From: Candidatus Latescibacterota bacterium
Lineage (GTDB): Bacteria > Latescibacterota > CBDEFO01
Assembly: GCA_965237525.1 (NCBI GenBank)
Contig: CBDEFO010000008.1
Coordinates: 1,888,001-1,952,000 of the forward strand
Reading direction: 5' to 3'
DNA: 64,000 nucleotides
In this document: positions 46,589 to 57,714 of the stretch, one piece after another
Numbering within the stretch: position 1 is the stretch's first letter
Layout: the number at the start of each line of letters is the position of its first letter
Translations under genes and position numbers: made by a program
Notes under the pieces: model-generated
The model's input: only the letters and a program-made list of their open reading frames with translations
Database searches by the model: none
What the model was told of the DNA's origin: nothing

Positions 46589-48971
46589 TTATAGGCCGAT
46601 AGAACGTGCGCTCTTGCTGAATCCCAGAAGTAGCTTACTTAACGCAGGATGTTCAAATATCGTAATATTTATTAGAGCAGAAATCGCTGCCTTGGCATCC
46701 AGGATCTCTGACAGGAGTTCTGGGAGTTTTTCTTCTCCTTCCTCCCAGATTTCCTTTATTTCTTCGTAAACTTCCCGTCTTATATCAGCAGAAGAATGTC
46801 CATCTAACTTGGCGCTTAAATAGTTCACAATTCCTTGAAACTCATCTCTATCCAACCAGATACCGTGACAATCTGGGCACCAATCGATAATGATAGTAGA
46901 ATCCCCAAAATTAGTAGATACTAATTTGACTCCCTCGCATTCTGGGCATACACGGTTTGATGGAATTGCATTGGCCTTCTCGATAGCCTCAACTTCGTCA
47001 TCCATCCAGCTTAACGTGCGCCATGAGCCTTTCTGAGCTTTGTCCTTCAGTTTTCGTAGTTCATCCCTATCCAGGAAAATGCCTTTGCAATAGGGGCAGC
47101 CATCTATCTCCATGCCATAGACTGTGTATAGATTAAGAGTAGTTTTACATACTGGACATATTTTTGTAGTCTGTGCTGTGAATTTAGCGTTTTCTATCGG
47201 AGGAACTGTACTGCCCCCCAGAAAAGCGACATCAATTAAGCAACTTGGGGTAGCAGATAAAATTGTTTTCTCCACTCTTCCGGGGTCTTGTATCCCAGAG
47301 ATGAATGAAGCCAGTTCTTGTTGTAATTATCGATCCACTGAGATATGATCTTCTCAGCTTGTTCAAAGGGCTTGAAATTGTGAAGCCACACACACTCCTG
47401 CTTGAGGGTCCTGAAAAAACGTTCTATGACCCCGTTCCAATCGGCCTTTACGCTCGGAATATATTCTTGACGAATGTCCCAATATTCGGTACTTGCCAAA
47501 TAGGCCCGAGCCAAAAAGATGGAACCATTGTCAGAGCGCAAAGTGAGACCCTGGGGGACAGCCTCCTTGGAGGTGTATCGAGAGATCACGGCCCGATCCA
47601 GGGCATCTATGGCCTCCAACGCCCTTCCTCTTTTACTAAGACGATACCCAGGAACCTCCCGGCTTCCGTTGTCCACCACCGCAATAAGAGGACACCAACC
47701 ATCTTTTCCACAGTAAATCTTTGTCAAGTCACTCGACCACAAACTGTCGGGACTATCCACCACAGAACGCTTCTGGGCAACCTGTGGCCCCTTTCTCCCG
47801 GGGTCCCCGATTGATTCTATCGGGGATTCCACAGCTTACACTGCCACCCCTTAAGCTTCATTATCCTATGAACCTTCTTGACGTTGCCACATTCCCCTTC
47901 CTTGAAACGAAGATGCGCCCAAACCCGCCTGTGACCAAATGCCTCTTCTTGGTCCAGTATCCCTCGAATACGAAAGGCAAGCTCCTCATCTATCACAGGC
48001 TCTTTAACAGAAGAACTGACACCTCTATCCCTAAACCTATACAGAGTCGAACGATGAAAACCCAAAGCCAAAGCTACCACCTTGCGGGAATAGCCTCGAC
48101 CCCAAAACCGCCCACTCAAGGAAACCGCTTCGTTTTTTTTAGACGGGCTACCTCTTCGAGTATCTCCAACTGGAGCGTCAACTGCCCTACCTTGCGCTCC
48201 AACCGGCTAACCTCTCGCTCCTTCGGATCCTTGCGACCACGCCGAGACTTCAGACTCTCCTGGCCCCCTTCTAAGAAACTATCACTCCAAAGCATACGCC
48301 TGCGACTGGCTAATTCCATTCTTACGACACACCTCAGATAGATCTGCTCCTCTCAAAAAAGCCAACACAATCTCTCCCTTACGGGTCGCCGTCCAGCGCT
48401 TACCATCTTTCACTTCGGGGCTCGACACCTTGACCTCCTTTCTCAAACCCCAATTTGCAAAATATTTGTCGCCCTGTCAAGGGGAGCGGTATGGAACATC
48501 TACTTCAAAATCAGTTTGGCTGCTCTTTCTTCTTACTCGTTTATACCAATAAGGCAGGTGTACATTGTTGACGAATTCCGAGAATCCTCTACCTGTAACA
48601 GGCATTATGTTTGTCAGTTCTCTATTTGCTAAATCGAGTTCACCGCCATCTAACCAGAAACCGCCGCAGTTTCTGCAGCGATCCAACACTATATCGCTAT
48701 GATCCAGAAAGAACACCTTATCTAAAATGGTCTCCTCACATCTTGGACATTTTACTGTAACTTCGGAGATGCCTTCAGCCCTATCTTTGGCATCTCTGGA
48801 GGAGTATTCAATACTTCCAGTTACATGGAAGGCCATCTTGTCTAACTCACCAGCATCCAGCCAAAGACTCCCACAGGCGTCGCAAATATCGTAAGATATC
48901 TGTTTAAGCTGCACAAACTTAGTCTGTACAAGATTGTTGATCATTTCCTCATTACAATTTAAACACTTCAT
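46589..48971 (-). pseudogene. four zf-TFIIB-like zinc-ribbon domain protein, IS-interrupted
   Basis: Four CxxC..CxxCxG.(W/F)LD..E units; IS removal restores ..EVDVPPIENAK.. Confidence 0.85.
47207..48492 (-). mobile_element. IS3-family element (decayed; DUF1153-like orfA, rve orfB)
   Basis: GGAAC duplication at 47202-47206 and 48493-48497; imperfect IRs; orfA (48428-48116) frameshifted; orfB WSSDLT, SDNGS, IERFFRTLKQE split by palindrome. Confidence 0.85.
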
Positions 48972-49364
48972 TGCAATATCTCATCCTCTAAATCTTCAGG
49001 TTTCGTATGTTGTCTTCCACTTTTAATAGAGATCCTTGTATCATACCGTATTGACTGGGTAATGATCTTAACTCTATTTTATCCCTCTGACCTCCGTGTC
49101 TCTAAGGTGAGTAATCCTAACGGTTCAGGGATGCCTCCAAATGTTGAGTCTCTCCAATTTGAAGCTCTTTTTCTGACTTAAATATATGTAATCTGATCCG
49201 TATCCGCAAATATTTTTTGACTATCTATCTGGATTCTTCCTGCATCGCTGTGCCTGGCTTTTTCTATGTTTTTTCATTTTCCCTTTACTTGGATTTGATT
49301 TTTTGTTATTTTTCTATCAATGCCACATTGTCTTCAATTTCACAATATGAAAACGGAGGTTTGC

Positions 49365-49841
49365 ATGTCAGTTGACTATCCGCAGATGAACCACGTCTTC
49401 GATAAGCTCTGCATCAGCGACAGCAATTGGGCTTTTGACCTGAATAATCTGAAACGGGAGGGCGTAGAGGCAGTTATCTGTATAACTCGAGAGTCCCCCG
49501 GAGACGGCGTCGAGGACGCAGCTTATCCCGCAGAGTATCTGCACTATCTCAAGGATTATCTGCATTTTCCTATCGAGGACGCTTATCCCCTTCCCGAATA
49601 TATAATCTCCAAATCCTTAGATTTCATCGGTGAAAACTTGTCCTCAGGCAGGAATGTCCTTGTCCACTGCACCGGAGGTGCCAGCAGGTCAGTCGCGCTT
49701 GCCCTATGCCATCTTTTTAGAATGGGAATGGGATTCGATGAAGCTCAGCAATTCTTGAAGGCAAAAAGGCCTCAGGCTATCTTTAGAGACGAATTGATGT
49801 CCTCCATAAAGGAATATTTCAATATTTCCAATATTTCTTAG
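49365..49841 (+). CDS. dual-specificity phosphatase
   Basis: VHCTGGASRS (CX5R), PIED loop. Confidence 0.88.
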   Translation: MSVDYPQMNHVFDKLCISDSNWAFDLNNLKREGVEAVICITRESPGDGVEDAAYPAEYLHYLKDYLHFPIEDAYPLPEYIISKSLDFIGENLSSGRNVLVHCTGGASRSVALALCHLFRMGMGFDEAQQFLKAKRPQAIFRDELMSSIKEYFNISNIS

Positions 49842-50079
49842 TATAGTGGGAACGCAGCAGGGTCCCTATTAGGCTTCAGAAAAATCCTTGAATTGTCACA
49901 CCTTGCCCAGAAGCTTTTCTTGACTATCACAGCCATAGTATTTATCAGTATCGTCATGCGCTTGATCTTGACTTGTTATACCTTTTTCAGCTTTCCACTA
50001 CCTGAATTTGATTTTTTTGTTGTCTTTCTATCAAAGTCATATTATCGTTGATTCCGCCAAGAGGAAAACGGAGGCTCAG

Positions 50080-50547
50080 ATGCCAGTTGCCAATCAACCG
50101 ATGAACCACGTGTTCGATAAGCTGTGCATCAGCAACAGCAAGTGGGCTTTTGACCTGGATAATCTGAAACGTGAGGGCATAGAGGCAATTATCTGCATAA
50201 CACGACAATGCCCTGGAGACGGCCTCGAGGACGAATCTTATCCCGCCAGGTATCTCCACTATCTCAGCGACTATCTCCACTTTCCCATCAATGACGGCTT
50301 TCCGCTTCCGGGACACATTATATCCAAATCCTTGGATTTCATGGAAGAGAACTTATCCTCAGGAAGGAAAGTCCTTGTGCACTGCACTGCCGGAGCCAGC
50401 AGGTCAGTCGCCCTTGTCCTTTGCCACCTTTTAACCCTGGGGATGGGATTCGATGAAGCTCAGCGTTTCTTGGAGGAGAAGCGACCTCAGGCCGTCTTTT
50501 TTGACGAATTGATGTCCTCCGTAAGGCAGTATTTCAACATTTCATAG
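50080..50547 (+). CDS. dual-specificity phosphatase (tandem paralog)
   Basis: VHCTAGASRS; closely similar to 49365-49841. Confidence 0.88.
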   Translation: MPVANQPMNHVFDKLCISNSKWAFDLDNLKREGIEAIICITRQCPGDGLEDESYPARYLHYLSDYLHFPINDGFPLPGHIISKSLDFMEENLSSGRKVLVHCTAGASRSVALVLCHLLTLGMGFDEAQRFLEEKRPQAVFFDELMSSVRQYFNIS

Positions 50548-50627
50548 TACAGTCAGAACACGGGCAGGCTCCGACAAGGGTTCGGTAGAATTTTTGATTC
50601 GTCCTACCCATTGCCCAGAAGTTTTTC

Positions 50628-50656
50628 TTGACTATCACACTTAATTTATCTATCAT
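50628..50656 (+). promoter_or_regulatory. sigma70-like promoter for tRNA-Arg
   Basis: TTGACT-17 nt-TATCAT. Confidence 0.6.
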
Positions 50657-50692
50657 AAATGGCCTGCACCCATCTGTGAGGCGTCATAGCGT

Positions 50693-50766
50693 GCCCCCGT
50701 AGCTCAGGTGGATAGAGCAAAGGATTCCTAATCCTTGTGTCGCGTGTTCGAGTCGCGCCGGGGGTA
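50693..50766 (+). tRNA. tRNA-Arg (CCT)
   Basis: GCCCCCG/CGGGGGT acceptor, GCTC/GAGC D arm, AAGGA-TTCCTAA-TCCTT, TTCGAGT loop; CCA not encoded. Confidence 0.95.
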
Positions 50767-51208
50767 CTCTCACTCTACCAAGAAAAGCCCATAAAATCAT
50801 AGACTTGCGGGCTTAGTGTATTTGTCGTTATTTTCCATTAAGTCGCAACAATCATTCGCAATTGTCACTTTTTGTCCCCAAATTATTAGCAGAAACCGAC
50901 AGGGAGTTTTTCGGTTTCCTCTCCAGAACCCCTAAATCCGGCTTGAGAAACTGGTTCAATTATTCAGAGTCCGGTTTCCTCGCTTCCACCGGCGATGCCC
51001 AACTATCCCTCAACGAGGACTGCGCTATCAACTCATTTTTCGCATAGATCTCTTGTGTACGACGATGCTTTTTCTATTGACAGATCTGGAAGGTTCCGTA
51101 CCTTATGAGCTATAGCATAGCGATCTGTCCGCCGTCTCTATGGGGGATAGAGCACTATATGGGGCAGGCGGCATTCCGGGGTGGTTTCCCCCTGAAAGGA
51201 GATTTCCC

Positions 51209-52261
51209 ATGAGTTCGATCAAAAATTCAGATCCGTACAGGCAGCGTAAGCGCGAGGCTACGGAGACCAAAATCCTGGCCACAGCTCCGATTGACCCGAT
51301 CATCTGCAAGGGGTTGGGCAGGCTTTATCCGGTACTGTTCGCTGAAAATGACCATCGCGAAACCCTGCTTGCCCTGATGCCGGGAACAATTTGCTTGATC
51401 AGTCGAGGCCTGGCTCACATTGACGGTGAAATTATGGATGCCAGCAGCGATCTGCTGGTGATCAGCCGGACGGGTGCCGGCTATGAAAACGTGGACATTG
51501 AGGCTGCTACAAAGCGCGGCATCCCCGTGGTCTATGCGCCGTTGCTCGGTGAAGCGGTGGCGGAGGCCACCTTCGCAATGATCTTAGCACTTACCAAGCG
51601 GTTGTTTTACTGGCACGAATCGTTGATCAGCGGCCAATGGGACCGGAGGATCACCGAGCGTACCGAAGAACTGTACGAAAAAACCATCGGCATTGTCGGT
51701 CTTGGCAGGATCGGCAGAGAGGTCGCCAAGCGAGCCAAAGCCTTCGGCATGCGAATCGTGGCCCATGATCCGTACGTTGGAAAGGAGCAGGCCAGTGAAC
51801 TGCAGGTGGAATTAAAATCTCTTGACGACCTGTTGGAAAGCTCGGACATCGTCACTCTGCACGCTCTGGTCACGCCCGAGACGAGGGCGATGATCAACCG
51901 CTCGAACATAGTCAGGATAAAGCGAGGCGCTTATCTGGTCAACTTCGGGCGAGGCGCTTTGATTGAGAACCTGGACATTCTGTACGAGGCCCTGGAAGAC
52001 GGACGTCTCGCCGGGGTGGGTCTGGACGTGTTCCCGGATGAACCGCCTACCAATCTCGACCATCCGCTCTTTTCACATCCGAATTTCATCGGCTCCCCGC
52101 ATATCCTGGCAGCTACCAGCGCCAACGAGGCACGCTGTGCCCGATCGGTCTGCAAAGACGTGACGGCTGTGCTCGGTGGGCAAAGACCCCGGTGGTGCGT
52201 CAATCCAGAAGTGTTCGACTCGCCACAACTGCGTTCACCAGGAAAAGGCCATGTGGGATAA
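51209..52261 (+). CDS. D-isomer 2-hydroxyacid dehydrogenase (SerA-like)
   Basis: GLGRIG, NFGRG, LDVFPDEP, SPH. Confidence 0.9.
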   Translation: MSSIKNSDPYRQRKREATETKILATAPIDPIICKGLGRLYPVLFAENDHRETLLALMPGTICLISRGLAHIDGEIMDASSDLLVISRTGAGYENVDIEAATKRGIPVVYAPLLGEAVAEATFAMILALTKRLFYWHESLISGQWDRRITERTEELYEKTIGIVGLGRIGREVAKRAKAFGMRIVAHDPYVGKEQASELQVELKSLDDLLESSDIVTLHALVTPETRAMINRSNIVRIKRGAYLVNFGRGALIENLDILYEALEDGRLAGVGLDVFPDEPPTNLDHPLFSHPNFIGSPHILAATSANEARCARSVCKDVTAVLGGQRPRWCVNPEVFDSPQLRSPGKGHVG

Positions 52262-53509
52262 GACCGAATACGAAGTTCCGGAATCACAGTTTCGCCAACG
52301 AATCGCGCGCGCTTATGAACTCGCCAGTGAGCATTACCTGAGCGCCGTCGTCGTCTATTCGGCGCCCAGAATCCACCAGTGGACCCAGACCGGACACGTG
52401 GGATATCTGACCAACTGGTCCAATCTGGATCGAATCACTGACTCGATGGTGGTTGTGAGTCGCGATGCAGAGCCTGTCCTTCTGGTGGCCGGCGTTGAGT
52501 ACATGCTGGACCAGATCAGAGAAGTCTCATGGGTCAGCGACGTGCGGTTGGTCAGCTCGCCCGATCCTCGAGCTGTCTCGGCTGCCTTCGACCCCAGCGT
52601 CGGCGGGCAAGAAGCAGCCCGCGGGGCCAGAACCTTCGGCAGCGAGATTAGCCAGATTCTGAAAACCAAGCGTTGCGCTGACAGTTCCATTGGCATCGCA
52701 GGCCTGGATGCCATGCCCGCCGCCATCCACCGGGACCTGGCATCGTGCCTGGACGGCCGCATTGCCGACGTGCCTGATATCGTGTCCCGGCTCCGTGCGA
52801 TTAAGACGCCGCAGGAACTGGCGATTCTCAGACAAGTCGCGGCTATCTCTGATCGCTGCTACGAGACCATGATGGAGGTCTTGACCGATGGGATGTGGGG
52901 CTACGAGCTTAGCGCGGAGATGGACCGCGCTGCCAAGCGCGAAGGCGCTGATCTTGTCTACAATACTGTGCACAGCGCTCCAGGCGGGGACCTGTCAAGG
53001 GGCAAGCTGTCCATCAAGGCCCACGATTGTCGGCTGCGCATAGCGGTGATTACATCAATGTCAATGCCTATGTGGTTTACAAGGGCTATTGGATTCAATC
53101 AGACCGGGTCGGCACCATCGGCCCAGAGCTGGGATCAACAGCCGCCCGTGCAGTCGAGGCCAATCTCCGCGTGCAGGATGAGGTCCTGGCAGCGATTAGG
53201 CCGGGATTGCCCATCGGCGAGCTGGTGCGTATCGGGGACGAGGTGGCCGAACGGCAGGGCTACCGGATCCAGGGCGGACGAATCGGTCACGGACAGGGAT
53301 TGGATTATTCCGAGCAACCTTTTCTCATCGCAGGCAGTCGCGAAACCCTCAAACCGGGCCACGTGTTTGTCCTGCATGTCTGCCTGGAGCTACCCGGCAC
53401 GAATGTTCTGATCAACCCCATCGCCGACCTGTGTCACGTGACCGAGGATGACGTCGAAGTGCTCAACCGATTTCCTCGCGGGCTCTTTTACTCTCAGGAG
53501 TCGCCATGA
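52251..53509 (+). pseudogene. M24 peptidase/creatinase family protein, frameshifted
   Basis: LRAIKTPQEL, then a frame change near 53036, then GDYI..GHGQGL..E. Confidence 0.8.
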
Positions 53510-54097
53510 ACGTGAATCCTCTCAAACAGATATGGGAAGCTGGCGTGGCACTTCCAGGACAAGGGTACGTCGAGATGATTCACAACTTTTTGCACCAACA
53601 CTGACCCTTTACAGGCAGCTCTCCTTATCGTGCAGAGCTTTCAATACCCTGGATGGCCTTGAGCGTTTCCTCCACTAGCATATCTCCTATGTTTGTTTCA
53701 AGAGCAGGACTGCCACATATCTCTGCCGTCTGAGCCGAAGTGTAACCCACCGTTAGAATTTCCCGCGATAGGGTCCATATTCTGTGAGATCGTTGCTACT
53801 ACCCGGCATAAACAGATTGTCAGTGGGACACCTGATTATCTTGACAAAATTAATGGGATATAAGTAGTCGGGTATCTCTGGCTAAATTAGCCTCTACCTG
53901 TTTCCTGCCGACTGTTTCCGATCTATATAGTCATGTCCAGAGTATTTTCAACTGATCCTTAGATCTTAGATTAGAGCGCAGACTGCTGAGATAGCTCTGA
54001 GGGAATTAGAGGATTCAAGCAGAAGGAGATTGAGATAAGGGACGTATCTTCTGTTGAAATTGAAATCTGGTTTGTGCAGTTAAGGCTCAAAAATTAC

Positions 54098-54126
54098 TTG
54101 ACTAATACCATCATACGATTTAGATT
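54098..54126 (+). promoter_or_regulatory. sigma70-like promoter
   Basis: TTGACT-17 nt-TAGATT. Confidence 0.45.
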
Positions 54127-54219
54127 TATACTCTGATATTCAAAAATAGATTGACCCCTACTCGCCGATTGAATCTATCGGGGATAGATCAAAATTATAC
54201 TCATAGAACTGGAGGTTAG

Positions 54220-54525
54220 ATGCCCACTTACGAATATGAGTGTGTTGACTGCGGATATCAGTTCGAAGAATTTCAGAGCATAACAGCCGATCCCATTGAT
54301 TCCTGTCCCAAATGCGCAGGAAGGGCAAAGAAACTGATAAGCGCCGGAGCAGGATTCTTATTTAAGGGCTCCGGATTCTACGCTACCGATTACCGCAGTG
54401 AAAGCTACAAAAAAGATGCGAAGAAGGATAAGGGTACTCCTTCCGATTCTGGATCTTCAGGCAAGGAGAAAGATTCTACCTCTAAAGCCAAGGAGAAAGA
54501 TTCTACCTCTAAAGAAAGCAATTGA
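54220..54525 (+). CDS. FmdB family zinc-ribbon protein
   Basis: MPTYEYEC..CPKC..FKGSGFYATDY; 27-bp tandem repeat in the tail. Confidence 0.92.
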   Translation: MPTYEYECVDCGYQFEEFQSITADPIDSCPKCAGRAKKLISAGAGFLFKGSGFYATDYRSESYKKDAKKDKGTPSDSGSSGKEKDSTSKAKEKDSTSKESN

Positions 54526-54637
54526 TCCCCGATAGATTCAATCGGGGATAGATTCTCTAAGATGGAAAAATTGTGGAACTGATACGGTGTTTAGAAGTCT
54601 ATTTTAGGGTGTTTACTGGTGAAAACCGAGGGAGATT

Positions 54638-55372
54638 ATGAACGTGAAAAGGACGGTAATATCGTTATTCTTTGCAGCCACAGCTCTCTCTGGGTGCGGT
54701 AAATCTCCGGAGGAGCTCTACTCGGAGGCGCTTTCTGCGCAAAAAGATGGCAAAGCGCAAGAGGCAATATCCAAATATGAAAACTTAAGAAGGGAGTATC
54801 CGCAAAGCCAACTGGCTCCAAAGGCTCAATTTATGATAGGCTTGGTGTCGGAAAAAATCCTCAAAGATTACAAGAAAGCCAAGACAGAATATCAAGAAAC
54901 GTTGGATAGTTATCCCAATTCGGCAGAGGCGGACAGCGCGGGAATAGCTATAGAGCAGATGGCAATCACTATCTTCTCTGAGGGGCAGAGAGCATCTGTC
55001 AAACCTGCGTTATTCTCAAAGGCTGAGGAGCTTTTGAACACGTTCCTGGAGCTTTATCCCAATCATTCCTCGTGTGACAGCACACTTTTGACACTCGCCA
55101 GAATCGCACAGAACAAGGGCAATGCAAAAAAAGCGATCTCAATGTATAATCAGCTTTTGGACAAATATCCCAACAGCAGATTCGGATACCAGTCCCAGTT
55201 TATGATAGCTTTCGTTTACGAAGAGATGTTAAATGATCACGAGAATGCTAAACTGGCCTACCAAAAGGTGATAGACAACTATCCTGACTCGGACCTTGCC
55301 GACGACGCAGAGGTTATGTTAGCACACATAGGCAAAGATCCGGAGGATTGGATCGATTTTCAGGCTCCTTAA
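54638..55372 (+). CDS. TPR (BamD/YbgF-like) lipoprotein
   Basis: LSGC lipobox; repeated Y...YP.S TPR motifs. Confidence 0.85.
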   Translation: MNVKRTVISLFFAATALSGCGKSPEELYSEALSAQKDGKAQEAISKYENLRREYPQSQLAPKAQFMIGLVSEKILKDYKKAKTEYQETLDSYPNSAEADSAGIAIEQMAITIFSEGQRASVKPALFSKAEELLNTFLELYPNHSSCDSTLLTLARIAQNKGNAKKAISMYNQLLDKYPNSRFGYQSQFMIAFVYEEMLNDHENAKLAYQKVIDNYPDSDLADDAEVMLAHIGKDPEDWIDFQAP

Positions 55373-55750
55373 GTTACAAGAAATAGCAAATCTCATCTAA
55401 AGAAAATGGAAGCAGAAAAAAGGATACTATCTCTAGACATTCCCATTCTTACGCATTACAGAAACCGTACCCTCCGAACTGAAGCCATCCCTATCACTAT
55501 AACTCAAGCTGTTTCAGAAAGTCCAAGGGCATTCTTCTGGATGACTCAACTCCTTATGTCGGGACCCTGAAAAGAGTTCTTCCCCGATAGATTCAATGGG
55601 GGATACTTTTTGGGGAGAAAGGATTGAGATAGGCCTAAAGATAGGCCTAGACTGCCCCGTCTTCTTGGAGTCGTCCTACGGAGTCGTCCTACATAGTCGG
55701 CGTAGCCGAAAGATCAGTCGTTGGAATTCAAAGGGAACGGAGAAAACTGC

Positions 55751-56746
55751 ATGCAGATGGCAGCGGACATAGAGAAGATCAACGAAATGATAATGGGTGA
55801 AAGCGCCTTTACAGAGAAGATAATCTCCGAGATCGGCAAGATCATAGTCGGACAAGAGCAAATGGTCGAGCGCATCTTGATAGGTCTCCTTTCGGACGGT
55901 CACATCCTTTTGGAGGGGGTCCCGGGTCTGGCCAAGACTTTAACTGTTGTCACTTTAGCAAAGACGATACGGGCTCAGTTTCAAAGGATACAGTTCACAC
56001 CCGACCTCCTTCCGGCAGACCTTGTGGGGACAATGATCTACAGTCAGGAGACTGGAAAGTTCAATCCCCAAAAGGGTCCGATATTTGCAAATATCATACT
56101 TGCCGACGAGGTCAACCGCTCTCCTGCAAAGGTCCAGAGCGCGATGCTCGAATCTATGCAGGAACACCAGGTTACCATAGGGCATAGCACGCATCGCCTC
56201 CCTGAGCCGTTTATGGTGTTGGCCACGCAAAATCCCATAGAACAGGAGGGTACCTATCCGCTTCCGGAGGCGCAGATAGATAGATTTATGCTCAAGATAA
56301 ACATCAGCTATCCTAACAAGACCCAAGAGCGGGAGATTATCGACAGGATGACCTCCGGAAACGACCTGCACGTGAATCCGGTAATAGACCTACAGGATAT
56401 CCTGAAGGCCCGATCTGTGGTAAGCCAGGTTTATATAGACGAGAAGATAAAGGACTATATAGTTGACATCGTCTTTGCAACGAGAGAGCCTGAAAACTAC
56501 GGTTTGAACGATCTGTCCGGTTTGATCGAATACGGCTCCTCCCCGAGGGCGTCCATATATCTTGTGTTGGCGTCGAAGGCTCAAGCTTTTTTGAGGAGAC
56601 GAGGCTACGTGACTCCTGAAGATGTCAAGGAGGTCGGGATGGATGTCCTGCGCCACAGGGTCATAGTTACCTACGAGGCCGAAGCTGAGGAGATAACATC
56701 TGAGGACATAATAAAAAGGATATTCGATCACATAGAGGTACCCTAA
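55751..56746 (+). CDS. MoxR family AAA+ ATPase
   Basis: EGVPGLAKT, RIQFTPDLLP, ADEVNR, ATQNPIEQEGTY. Confidence 0.95.
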   Translation: MQMAADIEKINEMIMGESAFTEKIISEIGKIIVGQEQMVERILIGLLSDGHILLEGVPGLAKTLTVVTLAKTIRAQFQRIQFTPDLLPADLVGTMIYSQETGKFNPQKGPIFANIILADEVNRSPAKVQSAMLESMQEHQVTIGHSTHRLPEPFMVLATQNPIEQEGTYPLPEAQIDRFMLKINISYPNKTQEREIIDRMTSGNDLHVNPVIDLQDILKARSVVSQVYIDEKIKDYIVDIVFATREPENYGLNDLSGLIEYGSSPRASIYLVLASKAQAFLRRRGYVTPEDVKEVGMDVLRHRVIVTYEAEAEEITSEDIIKRIFDHIEVP

Positions 56747-56748
56747 AT

Positions 56749-57627
56749 ATGATCCCAAAAGACATATTAAAGAAGGTCAAACAGATAGAGATACAGACCA
56801 GGAATCTCGTAAATACGGTCTTTTCAGGTGAGTATCATTCCGTCTTCAAGGGCAGGGGGATGGAGTTTGCGGAGGTGAGAGAGTACCAGACAGGGGACGA
56901 CGTAAGGACTATCGATTGGAACGTGACGGCCAGGATGAATCATCCGTTTGTCAAGGTCTTCGAAGAGGAGCGGGAACTGACGGTGATTTTAGTCGTGGAT
57001 GCGAGCTCCTCCGGAGAGTTCGGCACGGTTCATCAGATGAAGGGGGAGATAGCCGTAGAGATATGCGCGCTGCTGGCATTTTCGGCTATCAAGAACAACG
57101 ATAGGGTAGGGCTGATCATCTTCACCGACGATGTTGAGAAGTTCATCCCGCCCAAAAAGGGCAAAAAGCACGTGTTGAGAGTTATAAGGGAGCTCCTCTA
57201 TTTTGAGCCGAGAGGAAGAGGTACCGACATAGCCAGGGCGTTGGAGTTCCTGAACAAGGTGACCACAAGAAAGAGCGTGGTTTTTATTGTATCGGATTTT
57301 TTGTCCCAGGGCTACGACACCTCTTTGAAGATAGCCAGCAAAAGGCACGACGTCATAGGCATAACGATCACAGACCCCAGGGAGATGGAACTGCCGAATG
57401 TAGGGATTGTGGAGTTGGAGGACGCTGAGAGTGGAGAGAAGATATTGATGGACACCTCCGACCCACAGATCAGAGAGAGATTCTCCACTCTGAACGACCA
57501 GGAGAGGTCAAAGCGGGACAGGCTCTTCAGGTCGATCGGAGTCGATTCGGTAGACGTAACGACCCACCGCCCTTATGTGGAATCCTTAATGCGCTTTTTC
57601 AGGATGAGGGCCAGCAAATTCAGGTAG
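56749..57627 (+). CDS. DUF58 protein
   Basis: GMEFAEVREY..GDDVRTIDWNVTAR. Confidence 0.93.
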   Translation: MIPKDILKKVKQIEIQTRNLVNTVFSGEYHSVFKGRGMEFAEVREYQTGDDVRTIDWNVTARMNHPFVKVFEEERELTVILVVDASSSGEFGTVHQMKGEIAVEICALLAFSAIKNNDRVGLIIFTDDVEKFIPPKKGKKHVLRVIRELLYFEPRGRGTDIARALEFLNKVTTRKSVVFIVSDFLSQGYDTSLKIASKRHDVIGITITDPREMELPNVGIVELEDAESGEKILMDTSDPQIRERFSTLNDQERSKRDRLFRSIGVDSVDVTTHRPYVESLMRFFRMRASKFR

Positions 57628-57714
57628 AGATCGAAAGCTGGGAACTTTATCCCGACGTTGTCGTAAAATATTACAGATCGCTTTCTGAGCAATTAGACGC
57701 GAGGATACACCTTT

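Noticed and set aside
49085..49112. ctctgacctccgtgtctct..ggtga resembling GxxExxY-associated repeats
   Set aside because: Single degenerate copy with no associated ORF
4285..55602. Palindromic repeats as a CRISPR array
   Set aside because: Copies are dispersed, with no regular spacers and no cas genes
55627..55691. Two short tandem duplications upstream of MoxR (agataggccta x2, ggagtcgtcctac x2)
   Set aside because: The duplications are real, but there are only two units each and no evidence of function
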